DNA of 64,000 nt from Hydrogenophaga sp. GTDB lineage: Bacteria > Pseudomonadota > Gammaproteobacteria > Burkholderiales > Burkholderiaceae_C. Under the pieces are notes generated by a model. The model was not told the origin of the DNA. It saw only the letters and a program-made list of their open reading frames with translations, and did not search any database. The position numbers were made by a program, and so were the translations under genes. Shown one piece after another: positions 20,570 to 32,167 of this stretch. How positions within the stretch are numbered: the first letter of the stretch is position 1; each line of letters begins with the position of its first letter. The DNA lies in the NCBI RefSeq assembly GCF_030373245.1, contig NZ_JAUCZF010000008.1, positions 49,865 to 113,864 on the forward strand, given 5' to 3'.

Positions 20570-21850
20570 TCAGCCCCGGATTTCGCCTTCGCCCAGCACC
20601 ACGTATTTCAGCGAGGTCAGACCTTCCACACCCACTGGCCCGCGCGCGTGGAACTTGTCGGTGGAAATGCCGATTTCAGCGCCCAGTCCAAACTCGAAGC
20701 CGTCTGCGAAGCGGGTACTCGCATTCACCATGACGCTCGCCGAGTCGACCTCACGCAGAAAGCGCTGGGCGTGCCGGTGATCGGTGGTAAGGATGGCGTC
20801 GGTGTGGTGGCTGCTGTAGCGGTTGATGTGGTCAATGGCTTCATCCAGGCCGGACACCAGCTTGATGCTGATGATGGGAGCCAGGTATTCCTCGCTCCAG
20901 TCGGCCTCGGTCGCGGCGCTCAGGCGGGCGCCGGGCACCGTGGCCAGCAAGGCCATTGATTCGGGGCAGGCGCGCATCTCCACACCCTTGGCGGCGTAGA
21001 TCGCGCCAATGCGGGGCAAGAATTCGGCCGCCACCGCCCGCGCCACCAACAGGCTTTCGGTGGCATTGCAAGGGCTGTATTTCTGGGTCTTGGCGTTGTC
21101 AGCCACGGTCACCGCCATCGCGATGTCACACGGGTCGTCCACGTACGTGTGGCAGTTGCCGTCCAGGTGCTTGATCACCGGCACTTTGGCCTCGGCACTG
21201 ATGCGTTCGATGAGTCCCTTGCCGCCGCGCGGGATGATGACGTCCACATACTGCGGCATGGTGATGAGCTGGCCCACGGCGGCGCGGTCGGTGGTGGGTA
21301 CCAACTGCACCGCATCGGGCGGCAAACCGGCCGAGCTCAGGGCCTGCTGCACCAGGGCGGCCAGGGCACAGTTGGAGTCGATGGCCTCAGAGCCACCGCG
21401 CAGGATGGCCGCATTGCCGCTCTTGATCGCCAGCGACGCCGCCTCGATTGTCACGTTGGGTCGGCTCTCGTAGATCATGCCGAAGACGCCAAGGGGGACA
21501 CGCATCTGACCCACGCGGATGCCGCTGGGCATCTGGCGCAGGCCGATCACTTCACCGATCATGTCGGCCATGGCTGCGAGCTGTTCGCAGCCCTGCGCAC
21601 AGGTCTCGATGGCGCCCGGCGCAAGTTTGAGCCGGTCGACCAGCGGCTCGGCCAGTCCGGCGGCGCGTGCACGGTCAAGATCCTTGGCGTTTTCCACCTG
21701 CAGCCCGTCCACGTTGGCGCGCAACAGGGCGGCCAGACTGAGCAGGGCATGGCGCTTGGTGGCAGCGCTGGCACGTGCCATGAGCGCCGATGCAGCCTTG
21801 GCCTGGCCGCCTAGGGCATTCATGAGTTCGGTGGTGTTACTCGCGTTCAT
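20570..21850 (-). CDS. proA: Gamma-glutamyl phosphate reductase
   Basis: [23 protein letters not shown] and [22 protein letters not shown]. The longer ORF-track call is an upstream extension. Confidence 0.96.
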   Translation of the reverse strand: MNASNTTELMNALGGQAKAASALMARASAATKRHALLSLAALLRANVDGLQVENAKDLDRARAAGLAEPLVDRLKLAPGAIETCAQGCEQLAAMADMIGEVIGLRQMPSGIRVGQMRVPLGVFGMIYESRPNVTIEAASLAIKSGNAAILRGGSEAIDSNCALAALVQQALSSAGLPPDAVQLVPTTDRAAVGQLITMPQYVDVIIPRGGKGLIERISAEAKVPVIKHLDGNCHTYVDDPCDIAMAVTVADNAKTQKYSPCNATESLLVARAVAAEFLPRIGAIYAAKGVEMRACPESMALLATVPGARLSAATEADWSEEYLAPIISIKLVSGLDEAIDHINRYSSHHTDAILTTDHRHAQRFLREVDSASVMVNASTRFADGFEFGLGAEIGISTDKFHARGPVGVEGLTSLKYVVLGEGEIRG

Positions 21851-21982
21851 CAGCACATTTTCGCACCGGAGCCCGTTTCGCGCGACCGCGACGGGGATGC
21901 ACACCCGATACTGCCGGGTGTACAGTTGCATGACCATCGCGAGCAACCCTCGCTGGCCTGATTCACTCGACCCCACGCCACC

Positions 21983-22912
21983 ATGCGCCGTACCCGCCTG
22001 ATTCGCTCCCTGTTGCTGTTCTCCAGCGCGTTCTCTTTCCTGGCGCATGCGGTCGAAGTCCGATTCGAGCCTGTCGTTGCAGGCGTCTACGCATTCATCG
22101 GCGAGAAGGTGGGGCGCACCTACACCAACGAAGGACTGAACGCCAACATCGGCCTCGTGGTCACGCCCGCTGGTGCGCTGCTGATCGACAGTGGCGCGAG
22201 TTTTCAAGGCGCCCGGCAGATCCATGATGCGGTCAGGAAGGTCACCTCCCAACCGGTGAAATGGGTGATCAACACCGGGGGGCAGGACCACCGCTGGCTC
22301 GGCAACGGCTACTTCATCGCACAGGGCGCCGAGGTCATCGCCCATGCGAACGCCCGGGCCGACATGCAGAGCCGGGGCAACGACCACTTGCAGGCGCTGC
22401 GCAACGAGCTGAAGGAGAAGCTCGATGGCACGGTCCCGACCCTGCCCACACGCTACCTGACGGGCAGCGACGAGCGCTTGCAGCTGGGCGGCGTGAGCGT
22501 CGAAGTGAAGCACCGTGGCGGCGCCCACACCCCGGGCGATGTCATCGTCTGGCTGCCGCAACAGGACGTGGTCTTCAGTGGCGACGTGGTCTACACCGAC
22601 CGATTGCTGGGCGTGCTCCCGGTCAGCCATACCGGGCGGTGGCTGGACAGCTTTGCAGTGATCGAGTCCCTCAAACCACAGCGCATCGTGCCCGGTCACG
22701 GCGCTGTGAGCGACCTGGGCCGCGCACAGCGCGACACGCAAGACTACCTGCGGGCCTTGCGGGCACACATGAAGAAAGCCGTTGAAGACGGCACAGACAT
22801 CAGCGCTACGATCAAGGCGTTTGACCTCCAGCCCTACCTGCGCTTGCTCAACGCGGCCGAACTGCATCCAGGCAATGCCAGCCGCACCTACCTGGAGCTT
22901 GAGCGCGAATGA
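21983..22912 (+). CDS. Secreted MBL-fold metallohydrolase, SoxH-like subgroup
   Basis: Signal peptide. [12 protein letters not shown] replaces HxHxDH; GAHTPGD, FSGD and VPGHG are retained. Confidence 0.82.
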   Translation: MRRTRLIRSLLLFSSAFSFLAHAVEVRFEPVVAGVYAFIGEKVGRTYTNEGLNANIGLVVTPAGALLIDSGASFQGARQIHDAVRKVTSQPVKWVINTGGQDHRWLGNGYFIAQGAEVIAHANARADMQSRGNDHLQALRNELKEKLDGTVPTLPTRYLTGSDERLQLGGVSVEVKHRGGAHTPGDVIVWLPQQDVVFSGDVVYTDRLLGVLPVSHTGRWLDSFAVIESLKPQRIVPGHGAVSDLGRAQRDTQDYLRALRAHMKKAVEDGTDISATIKAFDLQPYLRLLNAAELHPGNASRTYLELERE

Positions 22913-22955
22913 GTGCCTCGCTGCCGACATCCACCCCGACCTATTGAAGGAACCG

Positions 22956-23339
22956 ATGATGAAAAACGCCATGGACCTGGTGAGCGCAGCCAAAGCACGT
23001 GTCGCCGAAATCCCCGTCAGCGAAGCCGACGCCGCGATCCGCGAAGCGGATGTGCTGATCGATGTGCGCGAGGAAAGCGAATTCGCGAACGGCCACCTGC
23101 CGGGCGCCATCCACGCCTCACGCGGCATGCTGGAATTCAAGCTCAGCAGCACACCGGCACTCGCCTCGCGCGACCTCAAGGTGGTGCTCTATTGCAAGAC
23201 CAGTGGCCGCGCCGCCCTGGCCGCCGCCGCCATGCAGGAGATGGGCTACCTCAACGTCAAATCGATCGCTGGTGGGTTTGACGGCTGGGTGGCTGCCGGC
23301 AAGCCGGTCGCTAAACCCGAGCTGCCCAGCTTCGGCTGA
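22956..23339 (+). CDS. Single-domain rhodanese/sulfurtransferase
   Basis: [16 protein letters not shown], active loop YCKTSGR, and SIAGGFDGW. Confidence 0.9.
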   Translation: MMKNAMDLVSAAKARVAEIPVSEADAAIREADVLIDVREESEFANGHLPGAIHASRGMLEFKLSSTPALASRDLKVVLYCKTSGRAALAAAAMQEMGYLNVKSIAGGFDGWVAAGKPVAKPELPSFG

Positions 23340-23404
23340 CGCAGCGACCCCGCAAGCAGTTCTGGCAACGCCCCAGCGGGGCACCGAGCCCGGCACACTC
23401 CGTG

Positions 23405-23469
23405 ACACCGGCCCAGCGGGCCACAGGCGCAGTGCCTCGGGAAGAAGCCGCGTCAGCGGCGCAGGGGGG
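23405..23469 (+). repeat. REP-like element, family B, copy 4, overlapping the holA 3' end
   Basis: accggcccagcgggccacaggcg..gaagccgcgtcagcggcgcagggggg, closely similar to copy 1. The holA stop at 23453-23455 lies inside it. Confidence 0.75.
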
Positions 23470-24511
23470 TCAACTCGCGCGCCACCTTCATCGCCAGCTG
23501 CTGCAAGGCCTGCCAGGGGTCGGCCGGCCAGCTCGGCGCTTTGAGGCCTTTGACGATGCCGTCCACCGTGTGGGCATCGTCCAGCCAGCGCACCAGGGTG
23601 GATGCCGTCAGCAGCGGCAACGCGCGCTCCATCAGCTTTTCCTTCAGGCCCCAGACGCGGTTTTCACGCAAGGCCATGGGCAGAGGGCGGCCCGCATCCA
23701 TCGAAATGCGGATGCGGTGCAGGGTGCGGATGTCTTCGGACAGCGCCCAATGCACCAGCACCGCCGCTTCACCCTCGGCCTGCAAGCCGTCGAGCATGCG
23801 CTGCACCCGAGCCACCTGCCCGCCCAGCACCGCCTCGGCCAGCTTGAACGGCGTGTAGCGCGCCACATTGAACACCGCGTTCTCCACCTGCTCAAAGCTC
23901 AGCTCGCCGGCTGGGAAGAGCAGGCCCAGCTTCTGGATTTCCTGGTGCGCCGCCAGCAGGTTGCCTTCCACCCGATCGGCAAAAAACTGCAGTGTGCGCT
24001 GACCTTCTTCACCGGCGGCAACGCGCTGGCCCTGCTGCTGCAGCCTCTGGGCGATCCACTGCGGCAGGGCCTGGCGCTCCACCGGATCGACCTTGATCGT
24101 CACACCAAAGCTGTCGAGCGCGCCGAACCAGGCCCCTTTGAGCGTGGCGCTGTCCAGGCGCGGCAGCAACACCAGGGTCAGTGTGCTGTCGTTACCCTGG
24201 GCGGCCTGAGCGAGCTGCTGCAGGATCTGCGAGCCGTCCTTGCCGGGTTTGCCTGAGGGCACGCGCACCTCGATCAGCTGCTTGTCGGCAAACAGGCTGA
24301 GCGAGCCGCCACTGGCCAGCACAGCGCTCCAGTCGAAGTGCGCGCCAGCGGCGGTGTGAACGGTGCGCTCGGTGTAGCCCTGCTCGCGCGCCGCCTGCCG
24401 GATCGCATCACCCACCTCCTGCACCAGCAGCGACTCATCCCCGTGCACCGTGTACAGGCTTTTCAGCCCGCGCTGCAGGTGCTCCCGAATTTGCGCCGTA
24501 CCCACCTGCAT
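23453..24511 (-). CDS. holA: DNA polymerase III delta subunit
   Basis: LYTVHGDESLL, SLSLFADKQLIE and EGNLLAAHQEIQKL. Follows lptE. Confidence 0.94.
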   Translation of the reverse strand: MQVGTAQIREHLQRGLKSLYTVHGDESLLVQEVGDAIRQAAREQGYTERTVHTAAGAHFDWSAVLASGGSLSLFADKQLIEVRVPSGKPGKDGSQILQQLAQAAQGNDSTLTLVLLPRLDSATLKGAWFGALDSFGVTIKVDPVERQALPQWIAQRLQQQGQRVAAGEEGQRTLQFFADRVEGNLLAAHQEIQKLGLLFPAGELSFEQVENAVFNVARYTPFKLAEAVLGGQVARVQRMLDGLQAEGEAAVLVHWALSEDIRTLHRIRISMDAGRPLPMALRENRVWGLKEKLMERALPLLTASTLVRWLDDAHTVDGIVKGLKAPSWPADPWQALQQLAMKVARELTPLRR

Positions 24512-24518
24512 GTGGCGC

Positions 24519-25064
24519 TCAGGCCTGCACCGCCACCAGGCGGCGCATGACCTGCTGCACGATGTCGCTCTGCATGTCCCGGAACAGCAGCGCCTCCTCG
24601 GCCTCCTTGGCCAGCACAGCGGTCTCGGTGAAGCTGATATCTCGCTCCAGCAGCAGCTCGGTGTTGTCCAGCAACAGCTTGCCGGCGGCGTTGGCCAGGC
24701 GGAAACGAAAACGGGTGCGCAGCTGCAGCTCGCGCACCTGGCCGGCCGCGGTCTGGCCCACCACCGCGCGCTCACGCTGGTCAGTGAGCACGGTGAGCAC
24801 CACCTGACCGGTATCGCCCTCGGGGCTGGGCGGGGTGCTCGACTTGAACACCAGCACGCCAGCACCCGCCAGCGCACGAGCCAGCTCCACCGACACCGGT
24901 GTGGTCTCGCTGCCCGCCAGGCGCAGCGATTCGAAGCCAAATTTGGGCGCACCCCGAAGGGCAAAACCACAACCCCCGAGGCCAGTTGCAAGCAGCAGGC
25001 CCGCGCCTCGCAGCAGCGCGCGGCGTTGGAATGGGACTGATGGCAACGCTGCGCTCAAGCTCAC
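24519..25064 (-). CDS. lptE: LPS assembly lipoprotein LptE
   Basis: Lipobox [25 protein letters not shown], position between leuS and holA. Confidence 0.9.
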   Translation of the reverse strand: MSLSAALPSVPFQRRALLRGAGLLLATGLGGCGFALRGAPKFGFESLRLAGSETTPVSVELARALAGAGVLVFKSSTPPSPEGDTGQVVLTVLTDQRERAVVGQTAAGQVRELQLRTRFRFRLANAAGKLLLDNTELLLERDISFTETAVLAKEAEEALLFRDMQSDIVQQVMRRLVAVQA

Positions 25065-27739
25065 ACCACCACGTTGACCAGACGACCTGGCACCACCACC
25101 ACCTTTTTCGGTGGGACACCATCGGCCTGCTTGAGGAAAGCCTCACTGGTGAGCGCCGCAGCCTCGATGGCCGCTTTGTCGGCGCCAGCCGGCACGGTGA
25201 TGCTGCCGCGCAGCTTGCCATTGATCTGCAGCACCAGCTCGATCTGGTCGCGCTTCAGCGCGTCTTCGTCCACTTGCGGCCACGGCGCGTCGAGCAACTC
25301 GCCCCAGAGCTGGGCGTAGCCGAGTTCGGTCCACAGCGCATGGGTCAGGTGCGGCGTCGCGGGATAGAGACAACGCAGCAGGATGCCGAAACCCTCACCC
25401 AGCGCGGCGGCGTCGCCTTCGCTGCCCTCGCCCTTGAAATCTTCGAGGGCGTTGAGCATCTTCATCGCACCCGAGACCACGGTGTTGTATTGCATGCGCT
25501 GGTAGTCGTAGTCCACCTGCTTGAGCACGGTGTGAAGCTCCAGACGCAAGGCCTTGGCCGCTTTGCCGAGCTTTTGCGGGCTCAGGCTTTGTGCGGACTC
25601 CACCAGACCAGCCTGCGCCGACAGCTTGGCGCCAAAACTCCAGACGCGCTTGAGGAAACGGTAGCTGCCTTCCACCGCGGCGTCGTTCCACTCCAGCGTG
25701 GCCTCGGGCGGCGCGGTGAACATGGTGTAAAGGCGGGCGGTGTCGGCGCCGTGTTTTTCGATCAGATCCTGCGGGTCGACGCCGTTGTTCTTGGACTTGG
25801 ACATGGTGCCCACGCCCTCGTAGTCGATCACCGTGCCCGCTGGCAACGCTCCAACCGCCTTGTTCAGCTTCGCGCCGACGATCTTGCCGCCGTCATCGAG
25901 CACATGGTCGACATCGGCCGGCCAGAAGTAGTCCTTGCCACCTTTCTCGGTGCGGCGCGAATAGATGTGATTGAGCACCATGCCCTGCGTCAGCAGCTTG
26001 CTGAAGGGTTCGTCCACCTTCACCAGGCCGAGATCTCGCATGACCTTGGTCCAGAAGCGCGCGTAGAGCAGGTGCAGGATCGCGTGTTCGATGCCACCGA
26101 TGTACTGGTCCATCGGCATCCAGTAGTCGGCGCCTTCAGCCACCATCTGCTCGCTGTCGCTTGGGTCGCAATAGCGCATGAAGTACCAGGACGAATCCAC
26201 GAAGGTGTCCATGGTGTCGGTCTCGCGCCGGGCGGGCTTGCCACACACCGGGCAGACCACGCCGGCGTGAAAGCCTTCGTGTTTGTGCAGCGGGTTGCCC
26301 GAACCATCGGGAATGCAGTCCTGCGGCAGCACCACCGGCAAGTCGTTCTCCGGCACTGGCACCGCGCCATGTTCCTCGCAGTGGATCATGGGAATCGGCG
26401 TGCCCCAGTACCGCTGGCGGCTGACGCCCCAGTCGCGCAGGCGGAAGGTGGTTTTCTTCTCGGCCAGGCCTTTGGCAGCCAGCAACTCAGCAACCGTGTC
26501 TACCGCAGCCTTCTGGTTCAGGCCATCCAGCGCGCCGGAGTTGACACACACGCCGCGCTGCTTGTCGCCGTACCACTCGGCCCATGCCGAAGCAGAGAAC
26601 GTCTCCCCCTCCACCGCCACCACCTGCTGGATCTTCAAGCCGTACTTCAGCGCAAAAGCAAAATCGCGCTCGTCGTGCGCGGGCACACCCATCACGGCGC
26701 CGTCCCCGTAGCTCATGAGCACGTAGTTGCCGACCCAGACCTCCACCTGCGCGCCGGTCAGTGGGTGGGTGACGAACAGGCCGGTGGCCATGCCCTTCTT
26801 TTCCTGCGTGGCGAGTTCGGCTTCGGTGGTGCCACCGGTCTTGCACTCTTCGATGAACGCCGCCAGCGCGGGGTTGCTCAACGCGGCATGGTGGGCCAGC
26901 GGGTGCTCCGCGGCCACGGCGCAGAAGGTCACACCCATGATGGTGTCAGCGCGCGTGGTGAACACGTACATCTTGCCGTCGCCGATCAATGCGCCGTCAG
27001 CGTCCTGGATGCTGTGAGGGAAGGCAAATCGCACGCCCTCGCTCTTGCCGATCCAGTTCTCCTGCATCAGGCGCACCTTGTCGGGCCAGCCGTTCAGCGT
27101 GGCCTTCGGGTTGCCCAGCTGCACATGGTCAAGCAGCTCCTCGGCGTAGGCGGTGATGTTCAGGTAGTAGCCGGGAATCTCGCGCTTCTCGACCGTGGCG
27201 CCGGTGCGCCAGCCCTTGCCGTCGATCACCTGCTCGTTGGCCAGCACGGTCTGGTCCACCGGATCCCAGTTGACGACCTGGGTCTTGCGGTAGGCGATGC
27301 CCTTCTCCAGCATCTTCAAGAACAACCACTGGTTCCACTTGTAGTACGTCGGATCGCAGGTCGCCACCTCGCGGCTCCAGTCGATGGCCAGCCCCATCGC
27401 CTGCATCTGCTGCTTCATGTAGGCGATGTTCTCGTAGGTCCACTTCGAGGGCGGGACACCATTCTTCAGCGCGGCGTTTTCCGCCGGCAGGCCAAACGCA
27501 TCCCAGCCCATGGGCATGAGCACGTTGAAGCCCTTCATGCGCAGGTGGCGCGTGAGCATGTCGTTGATGGTGTAGTTGCGCACATGGCCCATGTGCAGCT
27601 TGCCGCTGGGGTAGGGCAGCATGGAGCAGGCGTAGTACTTCGGCTTGCTCGCGTCCTCGGTCACCCGGTAGGCGTCGGTGGCATTCCAGTGGGCGTGCGC
27701 AGCGCGCTCGACGGACTGGTGGGCGTATTTTTCTTGCAT
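25061..27739 (-). CDS. leuS: Leucine--tRNA ligase
   Basis: [11 protein letters not shown] (HIGH-like), MSKSK (KMSKS-like), editing domain TTRADT. Confidence 0.98.
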   Translation of the reverse strand: MQEKYAHQSVERAAHAHWNATDAYRVTEDASKPKYYACSMLPYPSGKLHMGHVRNYTINDMLTRHLRMKGFNVLMPMGWDAFGLPAENAALKNGVPPSKWTYENIAYMKQQMQAMGLAIDWSREVATCDPTYYKWNQWLFLKMLEKGIAYRKTQVVNWDPVDQTVLANEQVIDGKGWRTGATVEKREIPGYYLNITAYAEELLDHVQLGNPKATLNGWPDKVRLMQENWIGKSEGVRFAFPHSIQDADGALIGDGKMYVFTTRADTIMGVTFCAVAAEHPLAHHAALSNPALAAFIEECKTGGTTEAELATQEKKGMATGLFVTHPLTGAQVEVWVGNYVLMSYGDGAVMGVPAHDERDFAFALKYGLKIQQVVAVEGETFSASAWAEWYGDKQRGVCVNSGALDGLNQKAAVDTVAELLAAKGLAEKKTTFRLRDWGVSRQRYWGTPIPMIHCEEHGAVPVPENDLPVVLPQDCIPDGSGNPLHKHEGFHAGVVCPVCGKPARRETDTMDTFVDSSWYFMRYCDPSDSEQMVAEGADYWMPMDQYIGGIEHAILHLLYARFWTKVMRDLGLVKVDEPFSKLLTQGMVLNHIYSRRTEKGGKDYFWPADVDHVLDDGGKIVGAKLNKAVGALPAGTVIDYEGVGTMSKSKNNGVDPQDLIEKHGADTARLYTMFTAPPEATLEWNDAAVEGSYRFLKRVWSFGAKLSAQAGLVESAQSLSPQKLGKAAKALRLELHTVLKQVDYDYQRMQYNTVVSGAMKMLNALEDFKGEGSEGDAAALGEGFGILLRCLYPATPHLTHALWTELGYAQLWGELLDAPWPQVDEDALKRDQIELVLQINGKLRGSITVPAGADKAAIEAAALTSEAFLKQADGVPPKKVVVVPGRLVNVVV

Positions 27740-27850
27740 AGCGCGGGAAGGTCCGGGCGTCCGGGTGGGTTGGAGGCGGGCCGGTCACGCCCAGCACTGG
27801 CGCCGGGCAGCCGAAACCCTGGATTTTAGGCCGGGCGGCGCTTGCGCACC

Positions 27851-28300
27851 TCAGCGCGCAGGGGCGGATGGCGTGAGCGCGGCGGGATCGGCCACAAAGC
27901 CGATGCGAGTGAGCCCGGCCGCCTGGGCCAGCCCGATCACCTGCACCACCCGGCCGTAGGGAACAGCGGTGTCGGCGCGCAGCTGAACCTCGGTGGCCGG
28001 ATCGCGTCGGGCGGCATCGGCCAGGCGCTGTGCCAGCTGCTCGCCATCCACCGGCTGATCGTCCCAGAACGCCTGGCCGGCTGCATCGAGCCCGATCGAC
28101 ACCCTGGCCGCCACGCCGGTATCGGAAGCCATGGCGGCCGGGCTGCTTTGCGGAAGCTCCAAGGCCAGACGGCTGGCCATGATCGGCGCGGCGACGATGA
28201 AGATCACCAGCAGAACCAGCAGCACGTCGACCAAGGGCGTGACGTTGATCTCACTCATGGGCCGGTGGGCGGTGGGTTTTTCAAGCCGTCCGAAAGCCAT
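27851..28300 (-). CDS. exbD: ExbD/TolR family protein
   Basis: SEINVTPLVDVLLVLLVIFIV and LRADTAVPYG. Confidence 0.88.
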   Translation of the reverse strand: MAFGRLEKPTAHRPMSEINVTPLVDVLLVLLVIFIVAAPIMASRLALELPQSSPAAMASDTGVAARVSIGLDAAGQAFWDDQPVDGEQLAQRLADAARRDPATEVQLRADTAVPYGRVVQVIGLAQAAGLTRIGFVADPAALTPSAPAR

Positions 28301-28304
28301 GTGC

Positions 28305-28976
28305 TCAGTCTTTCGTCGGGTCAGGCCCTGCCGGATGCACCAGCAGTTCGCGCAGATCGCGCGCAAAGCCTTCCAGATCGGCCTCGATGCGCACGATCTG
28401 CCGACCCAGCACGTTGTAGGCCAGCACCGCGGGAATGGCCACCGCCAGGCCGGCAGCGGTCATGACCAAGGCCTCGCCCACCGGGCCTGACACCTGTTCG
28501 ATGCGGAAACTCCCGTCCATGCCGATGGCGGTGAGTGCGTGGTAGATGCCCCAGACCGTGCCAAGAAGGCCCACAAAGGGGGCGGTAGAGCCCACGGTGG
28601 CCAGCAACACCTGGCCAAACTGCAGCCGGTGCAGCACACCATGCAAGGCATCGCGCAGCACGCGCGTGAGTTGCTGCGAGCGGTCGCCTGCGGCGGCCAG
28701 GGTGTGGGGGGCAGTTTGCTCCAGTGTGCGGGCTGCGTGCACCAGCGGCACCAACAGGGCCTGGCTGTCGAAGCCTCCCAGGCGGCGCTGCGCGTCGTCC
28801 AGATCCACCGCCTGCCAGAACGCTGCAGCGCTGCGCTGCACGTCTGCCAGTGCCCGCCTGAGCATCCAGCCCTTCCAGAGAATGACCACCCAGCTCGCCA
28901 CCGACATGGCCAGCAGCAGCAAGGCGACGCTTCGGCTCAGCGCATCACCACTCCAGAAAGTTTCCCAGACACCCAC
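28305..28976 (-). CDS. exbB: MotA/TolQ/ExbB proton-channel protein
   Basis: LATVGSTAPFVGLLGTVWGI and GEALVMTAAGLAVAIPAV. GTG start assumed. Confidence 0.88.
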   Translation of the reverse strand: MGVWETFWSGDALSRSVALLLLAMSVASWVVILWKGWMLRRALADVQRSAAAFWQAVDLDDAQRRLGGFDSQALLVPLVHAARTLEQTAPHTLAAAGDRSQQLTRVLRDALHGVLHRLQFGQVLLATVGSTAPFVGLLGTVWGIYHALTAIGMDGSFRIEQVSGPVGEALVMTAAGLAVAIPAVLAYNVLGRQIVRIEADLEGFARDLRELLVHPAGPDPTKD

Positions 28977-28999
28977 GTGGCCGACCTTGCAACCTTGGC

Positions 29000-29821
29000 T
29001 CAGCTCAAACCGAGTACGTCGAACATGTCGTACAGGCCGCGCGTCTTGCCGGCCAGGAAACGCACCGCGCGCAGGCTGCCCTGCGCATAACCCGCGCGGT
29101 TGCTGGCCTTGTGCGAGATCTCGATGCGCTCGCCAGTCCCGGCAAACAGCACCGTGTGGTCGCCCACGATGTCGCCCCCGCGGATGGTGGCAAAACCGAT
29201 GCTCGACGGATCGCGCTCGCCGGTCACGCCTTCGCGGGCGTAGACGGCGCAATCCTTCAGGTCGCGCCCAAGCGCGCTGGCCACAACCTCGCCCATCTTG
29301 AGCGCGGTGCCGCTGGGCGCGTCCACCTTGTGGCGGTGGTGCGCCTCGATGATCTCGATGTCGTAACCGGTAGAGAGGGCGCGCGCAGCCATGTCCAGCA
29401 GCTTGAGTGTGACGTTCACGCCCACGCTCATGTTGGGTGCCATCACGATGGCGATGCGCTTGGCGGCCTGAGCAATCTCGGCTTTCTGTTCGTCCGAGAA
29501 TCCGGTGGTGCCGATCACCAGATTCACGCCCTGCGCCTCGCAAGCCCGCAAATGGTCCATCGTGCCCTCGGGGCGAGTGAAATCGATCAGGCACTGGCTG
29601 TGGGTCAGACCAGCCGCCACATCCGCCGTGATGTGCACACCGGTGTTCAGGCCCGCGTAGGCGCCGGCATCCAGGCCGATGGCCGGGCTACCAAACACGT
29701 CCAGCGCACCCGCGATGACGCAATCTTCACTGAGTCGTACCGCATCGATCAGCATTCGACCCATGCGGCCGCTGGCGCCGGCCACACACACGCGGTGCGG
29801 AACTGCAGGCTCCACACTCAT
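29000..29821 (-). CDS. dapB: 4-hydroxy-tetrahydrodipicolinate reductase
   Basis: [29 protein letters not shown] and RGGDIVGDH. Confidence 0.96.
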   Translation of the reverse strand: MSVEPAVPHRVCVAGASGRMGRMLIDAVRLSEDCVIAGALDVFGSPAIGLDAGAYAGLNTGVHITADVAAGLTHSQCLIDFTRPEGTMDHLRACEAQGVNLVIGTTGFSDEQKAEIAQAAKRIAIVMAPNMSVGVNVTLKLLDMAARALSTGYDIEIIEAHHRHKVDAPSGTALKMGEVVASALGRDLKDCAVYAREGVTGERDPSSIGFATIRGGDIVGDHTVLFAGTGERIEISHKASNRAGYAQGSLRAVRFLAGKTRGLYDMFDVLGLS

Positions 29822-30408
29822 CGCGCAGACTCCAGCGGCGGGTAGCTGGTGGTCGGCGGAAGCGTTCGCGGCGCCTGCGGCGCCACGACCTTGTTGCGCT
29901 CCTGGAAAGCCTTGAGCTGCTCTTCGGTGGCCACAAGCGGAGGCACCTTCTCGAACTGACGGCGGTTGTCGAGCGAAGCGACGAACTCGATTTCGCTGGG
30001 CAGCTCGTCGGATTCGATGCGTTCCAACACCTCGCCCTTGAAGAAGATCGCGAGCTTGCGCTGCTGCAGGGGCTGACCCTGGCGGCGGAAGGTGAAGACG
30101 TAGTCCCAACGATCGGCGTGGAACACGCTGGTGAGCAATGGCGAGCCGAGGATGTCGCGCACCTGCAGCCGCGACATGCCAGGCTGCAGGGCCTGCGCCT
30201 GCTCGCGCGTGACCACATTGCCTTGCTGGATGTCGATCTTGTACGGCGTCACCAGGCTGCCGACGCTGGGCATGCTTGGCAGCCTGTCGCGCAAGCCAGC
30301 ACAGCCGGACAGGCTGACCAGCGCCATGGCCACGATCAAGGCGCTGGCCAGGCGGCGCGCAGGTGGCACTTGACGCGGAAAATCACAGCCATCAGATAAG
30401 GAGTGCAT
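29818..30408 (-). CDS. bamE: Outer membrane protein assembly factor BamE
   Basis: Lipobox [13 protein letters not shown] and [19 protein letters not shown]. Divergent from fur. Confidence 0.92.
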   Translation of the reverse strand: MHSLSDGCDFPRQVPPARRLASALIVAMALVSLSGCAGLRDRLPSMPSVGSLVTPYKIDIQQGNVVTREQAQALQPGMSRLQVRDILGSPLLTSVFHADRWDYVFTFRRQGQPLQQRKLAIFFKGEVLERIESDELPSEIEFVASLDNRRQFEKVPPLVATEEQLKAFQERNKVVAPQAPRTLPPTTSYPPLESAR

Positions 30409-30551
30409 GGGGTCAAACGCGTAGGGGCTGGCGCACGGCGGCAGCAGGGAAATCGGCCCGCCGGCACAGCCCGACGATATGATGCGAACATTGTAGCCCC
30501 GGGGTGCCAGCAAGGCCTATGCGGGCGCGCCCCCCCACCGCCGCCTGAGAC

Positions 30552-30989
30552 ATGTCCAATATTGAAGAACTCAAGAGCACGGGCCTGAAGGCCACGCTGC
30601 CGCGGCTGAAGATCCTTGAGGTTTTCCAGAGCGCCAAACAACGCCACATGACCGCCGAGGATGTGTACCGGGTGCTGCTCGACGAGCGCTCGGACATCGG
30701 CCTGGCCACGGTGTACCGGGTGCTGATGCAGTTCGAGCAGGCCGGTCTGCTTTCGCGCAGCAACTTTGAGTCCGGCAAGGCGGTCTACGAGCTCGACGAA
30801 GGTCAGCACCACGACCACCTGGTGTGCCTGGACTGCGGGCGGGTTGAGGAGTTCTTTGACGCCGAGATCGAAAAACGCCAGCAGATGGTGGCGCAGTCGC
30901 GGGGCTTTGTGCTGCAAGAGCACGCGCTTTCGCTCTACGCGAACTGCAGCAAGACCGACTGCCCGCACCGGGCCAAGTCGAACGGCTGA
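30552..30989 (+). CDS. fur: Ferric uptake regulator
   Basis: [32 protein letters not shown]. Confidence 0.96.
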   Translation: MSNIEELKSTGLKATLPRLKILEVFQSAKQRHMTAEDVYRVLLDERSDIGLATVYRVLMQFEQAGLLSRSNFESGKAVYELDEGQHHDHLVCLDCGRVEEFFDAEIEKRQQMVAQSRGFVLQEHALSLYANCSKTDCPHRAKSNG

Positions 30990-31039
30990 GCACCCTCTCC
31001 CGACACACTGTCAAAGCAGCCCGGTCACTCAACGGCATG

Positions 31040-31122
31040 CCCAGCCCCGTGAAGGGCAGCGACCCGCTCCAGCAGCGCAGCGTGGCGGGAACGACCCGCG
31101 AAGCGTAGGAACGTGGGGGTCA
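31040..31122 (+). repeat. REP-like element, family A, degenerate full plus partial copy
   Basis: cccagcccc..gggcagcgacccgc..gcagcgtggcggg, followed by gacccgcgaagcgtaggaacgtggggg. Ends 1-3 nt from the hprK stop. Confidence 0.72.
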
Positions 31123-31123
31123 C

Positions 31124-32074
31124 TCACTCCCCGCGCGACATCGCCGCCCGGTGCCGGGACACAAATTCCTGATAGGTGTCGATGCCGCGCAACTGCAGGA
31201 TGGTGTTGCGCACCGCGGCCTCGACCAGCACGGCGATGTTGCGCCCAGCCACCACTTGAATCACCGCCTTGCGCACCGGCACGCCCAGCACGTCCTGGTA
31301 CAGCGGCTCGTGCGGCATGCGGTCGTAGTCGCGCTCCATGGTTTCCTTGCGCACTAGGTGCACGATCAGCGCCAGACGCATCTTGCGCCGGACAGCCGTC
31401 TCGCCAAAGATGGCCTTGATGTCGAGCAGCCCAATACCCCGCACCTCCAGCAGGTTTTGCAGCAGCTCAGGGCAACGGCCTTCGATGCTGGTCTGGTTGA
31501 TGCGAAAGAGGTCGACGGCGTCGTCGGCCACCAGGCCATGGCCGCGCGAGATGAGTTCCAGGCCGAGCTCGCTCTTGCCCAGACCCGACTCGCCGGTAAT
31601 CATCACGCCCATGCCCAGGATGTCCATGAACACACCATGCATGGACGCCCGGTCAGCGAAGTGGCGAGACAAATAGGCGCGCAGCACATCGATCACGAAG
31701 GCCGCAGGCTGCGGCGTGGCGAACATCGGAATCTGCGCGCGCTCACACAAGGCCAGCAGGTCGTCGGGCGCTGTGCGGCCGTCGGCCACCACGAGCACAG
31801 GCGGCTCCAGCGTCACGATGCGCGCGACGCGCCGGCGGTTGTCTTCACCATCGGCGCTGGTGAGGTAGTTGACCTCGCGCTCGCCGCAAACCTGGACCCG
31901 ATAGGGGTGGATGTAGTTGAGGTAGCCGACCAGATCGGCGCCAGAGCGCGCTTCGCGCACCGCCACTTCGTCAAACCGGCGCTCTGACGCGCCCAGACCA
32001 GCCACCCACTGCCACTTCAGGGCTTCCCGGTGGTCTTCAAACAGGACGTCTGAGCTGACGACGGTCGGCTTCAT
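31124..32074 (-). CDS. hprK: HPr kinase/phosphorylase
   Basis: [40 protein letters not shown] and LLEVRGIG. Confidence 0.95.
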   Translation of the reverse strand: MKPTVVSSDVLFEDHREALKWQWVAGLGASERRFDEVAVREARSGADLVGYLNYIHPYRVQVCGEREVNYLTSADGEDNRRRVARIVTLEPPVLVVADGRTAPDDLLALCERAQIPMFATPQPAAFVIDVLRAYLSRHFADRASMHGVFMDILGMGVMITGESGLGKSELGLELISRGHGLVADDAVDLFRINQTSIEGRCPELLQNLLEVRGIGLLDIKAIFGETAVRRKMRLALIVHLVRKETMERDYDRMPHEPLYQDVLGVPVRKAVIQVVAGRNIAVLVEAAVRNTILQLRGIDTYQEFVSRHRAAMSRGE

Positions 32075-32167
32075 GCTGGAAATACCATCGGATTCACCAG
32101 GGTTGTACCGCCCCAGGCGAGCTCACCCGCGATGGCTGAAGACAGGCGGCGGGGTCGAATCAACGGA

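Noticed and set aside
20570-23179. 869-aa ORF suggesting a ProA fusion
   Set aside because: Only the last ~426 aa are ProA. The upstream part is the antisense shadow of the MBL and rhodanese genes.
24899-27829. 976-aa plus-strand ORF, and similar long antisense ORFs over kup, pntA, uvrA and GGT
   Set aside because: Shadow frames of real high-GC genes, with no recognisable motifs or RBS.
27851-28976. exbB-exbD without tonB as an unusual system
   Set aside because: Stand-alone exbBD pairs are common, and tonB can be encoded elsewhere.
28305-29594. 429-aa ExbB with a long N-terminal extension
   Set aside because: The extension overlaps dapB in another frame. The ExbB-like sequence begins near 28976.
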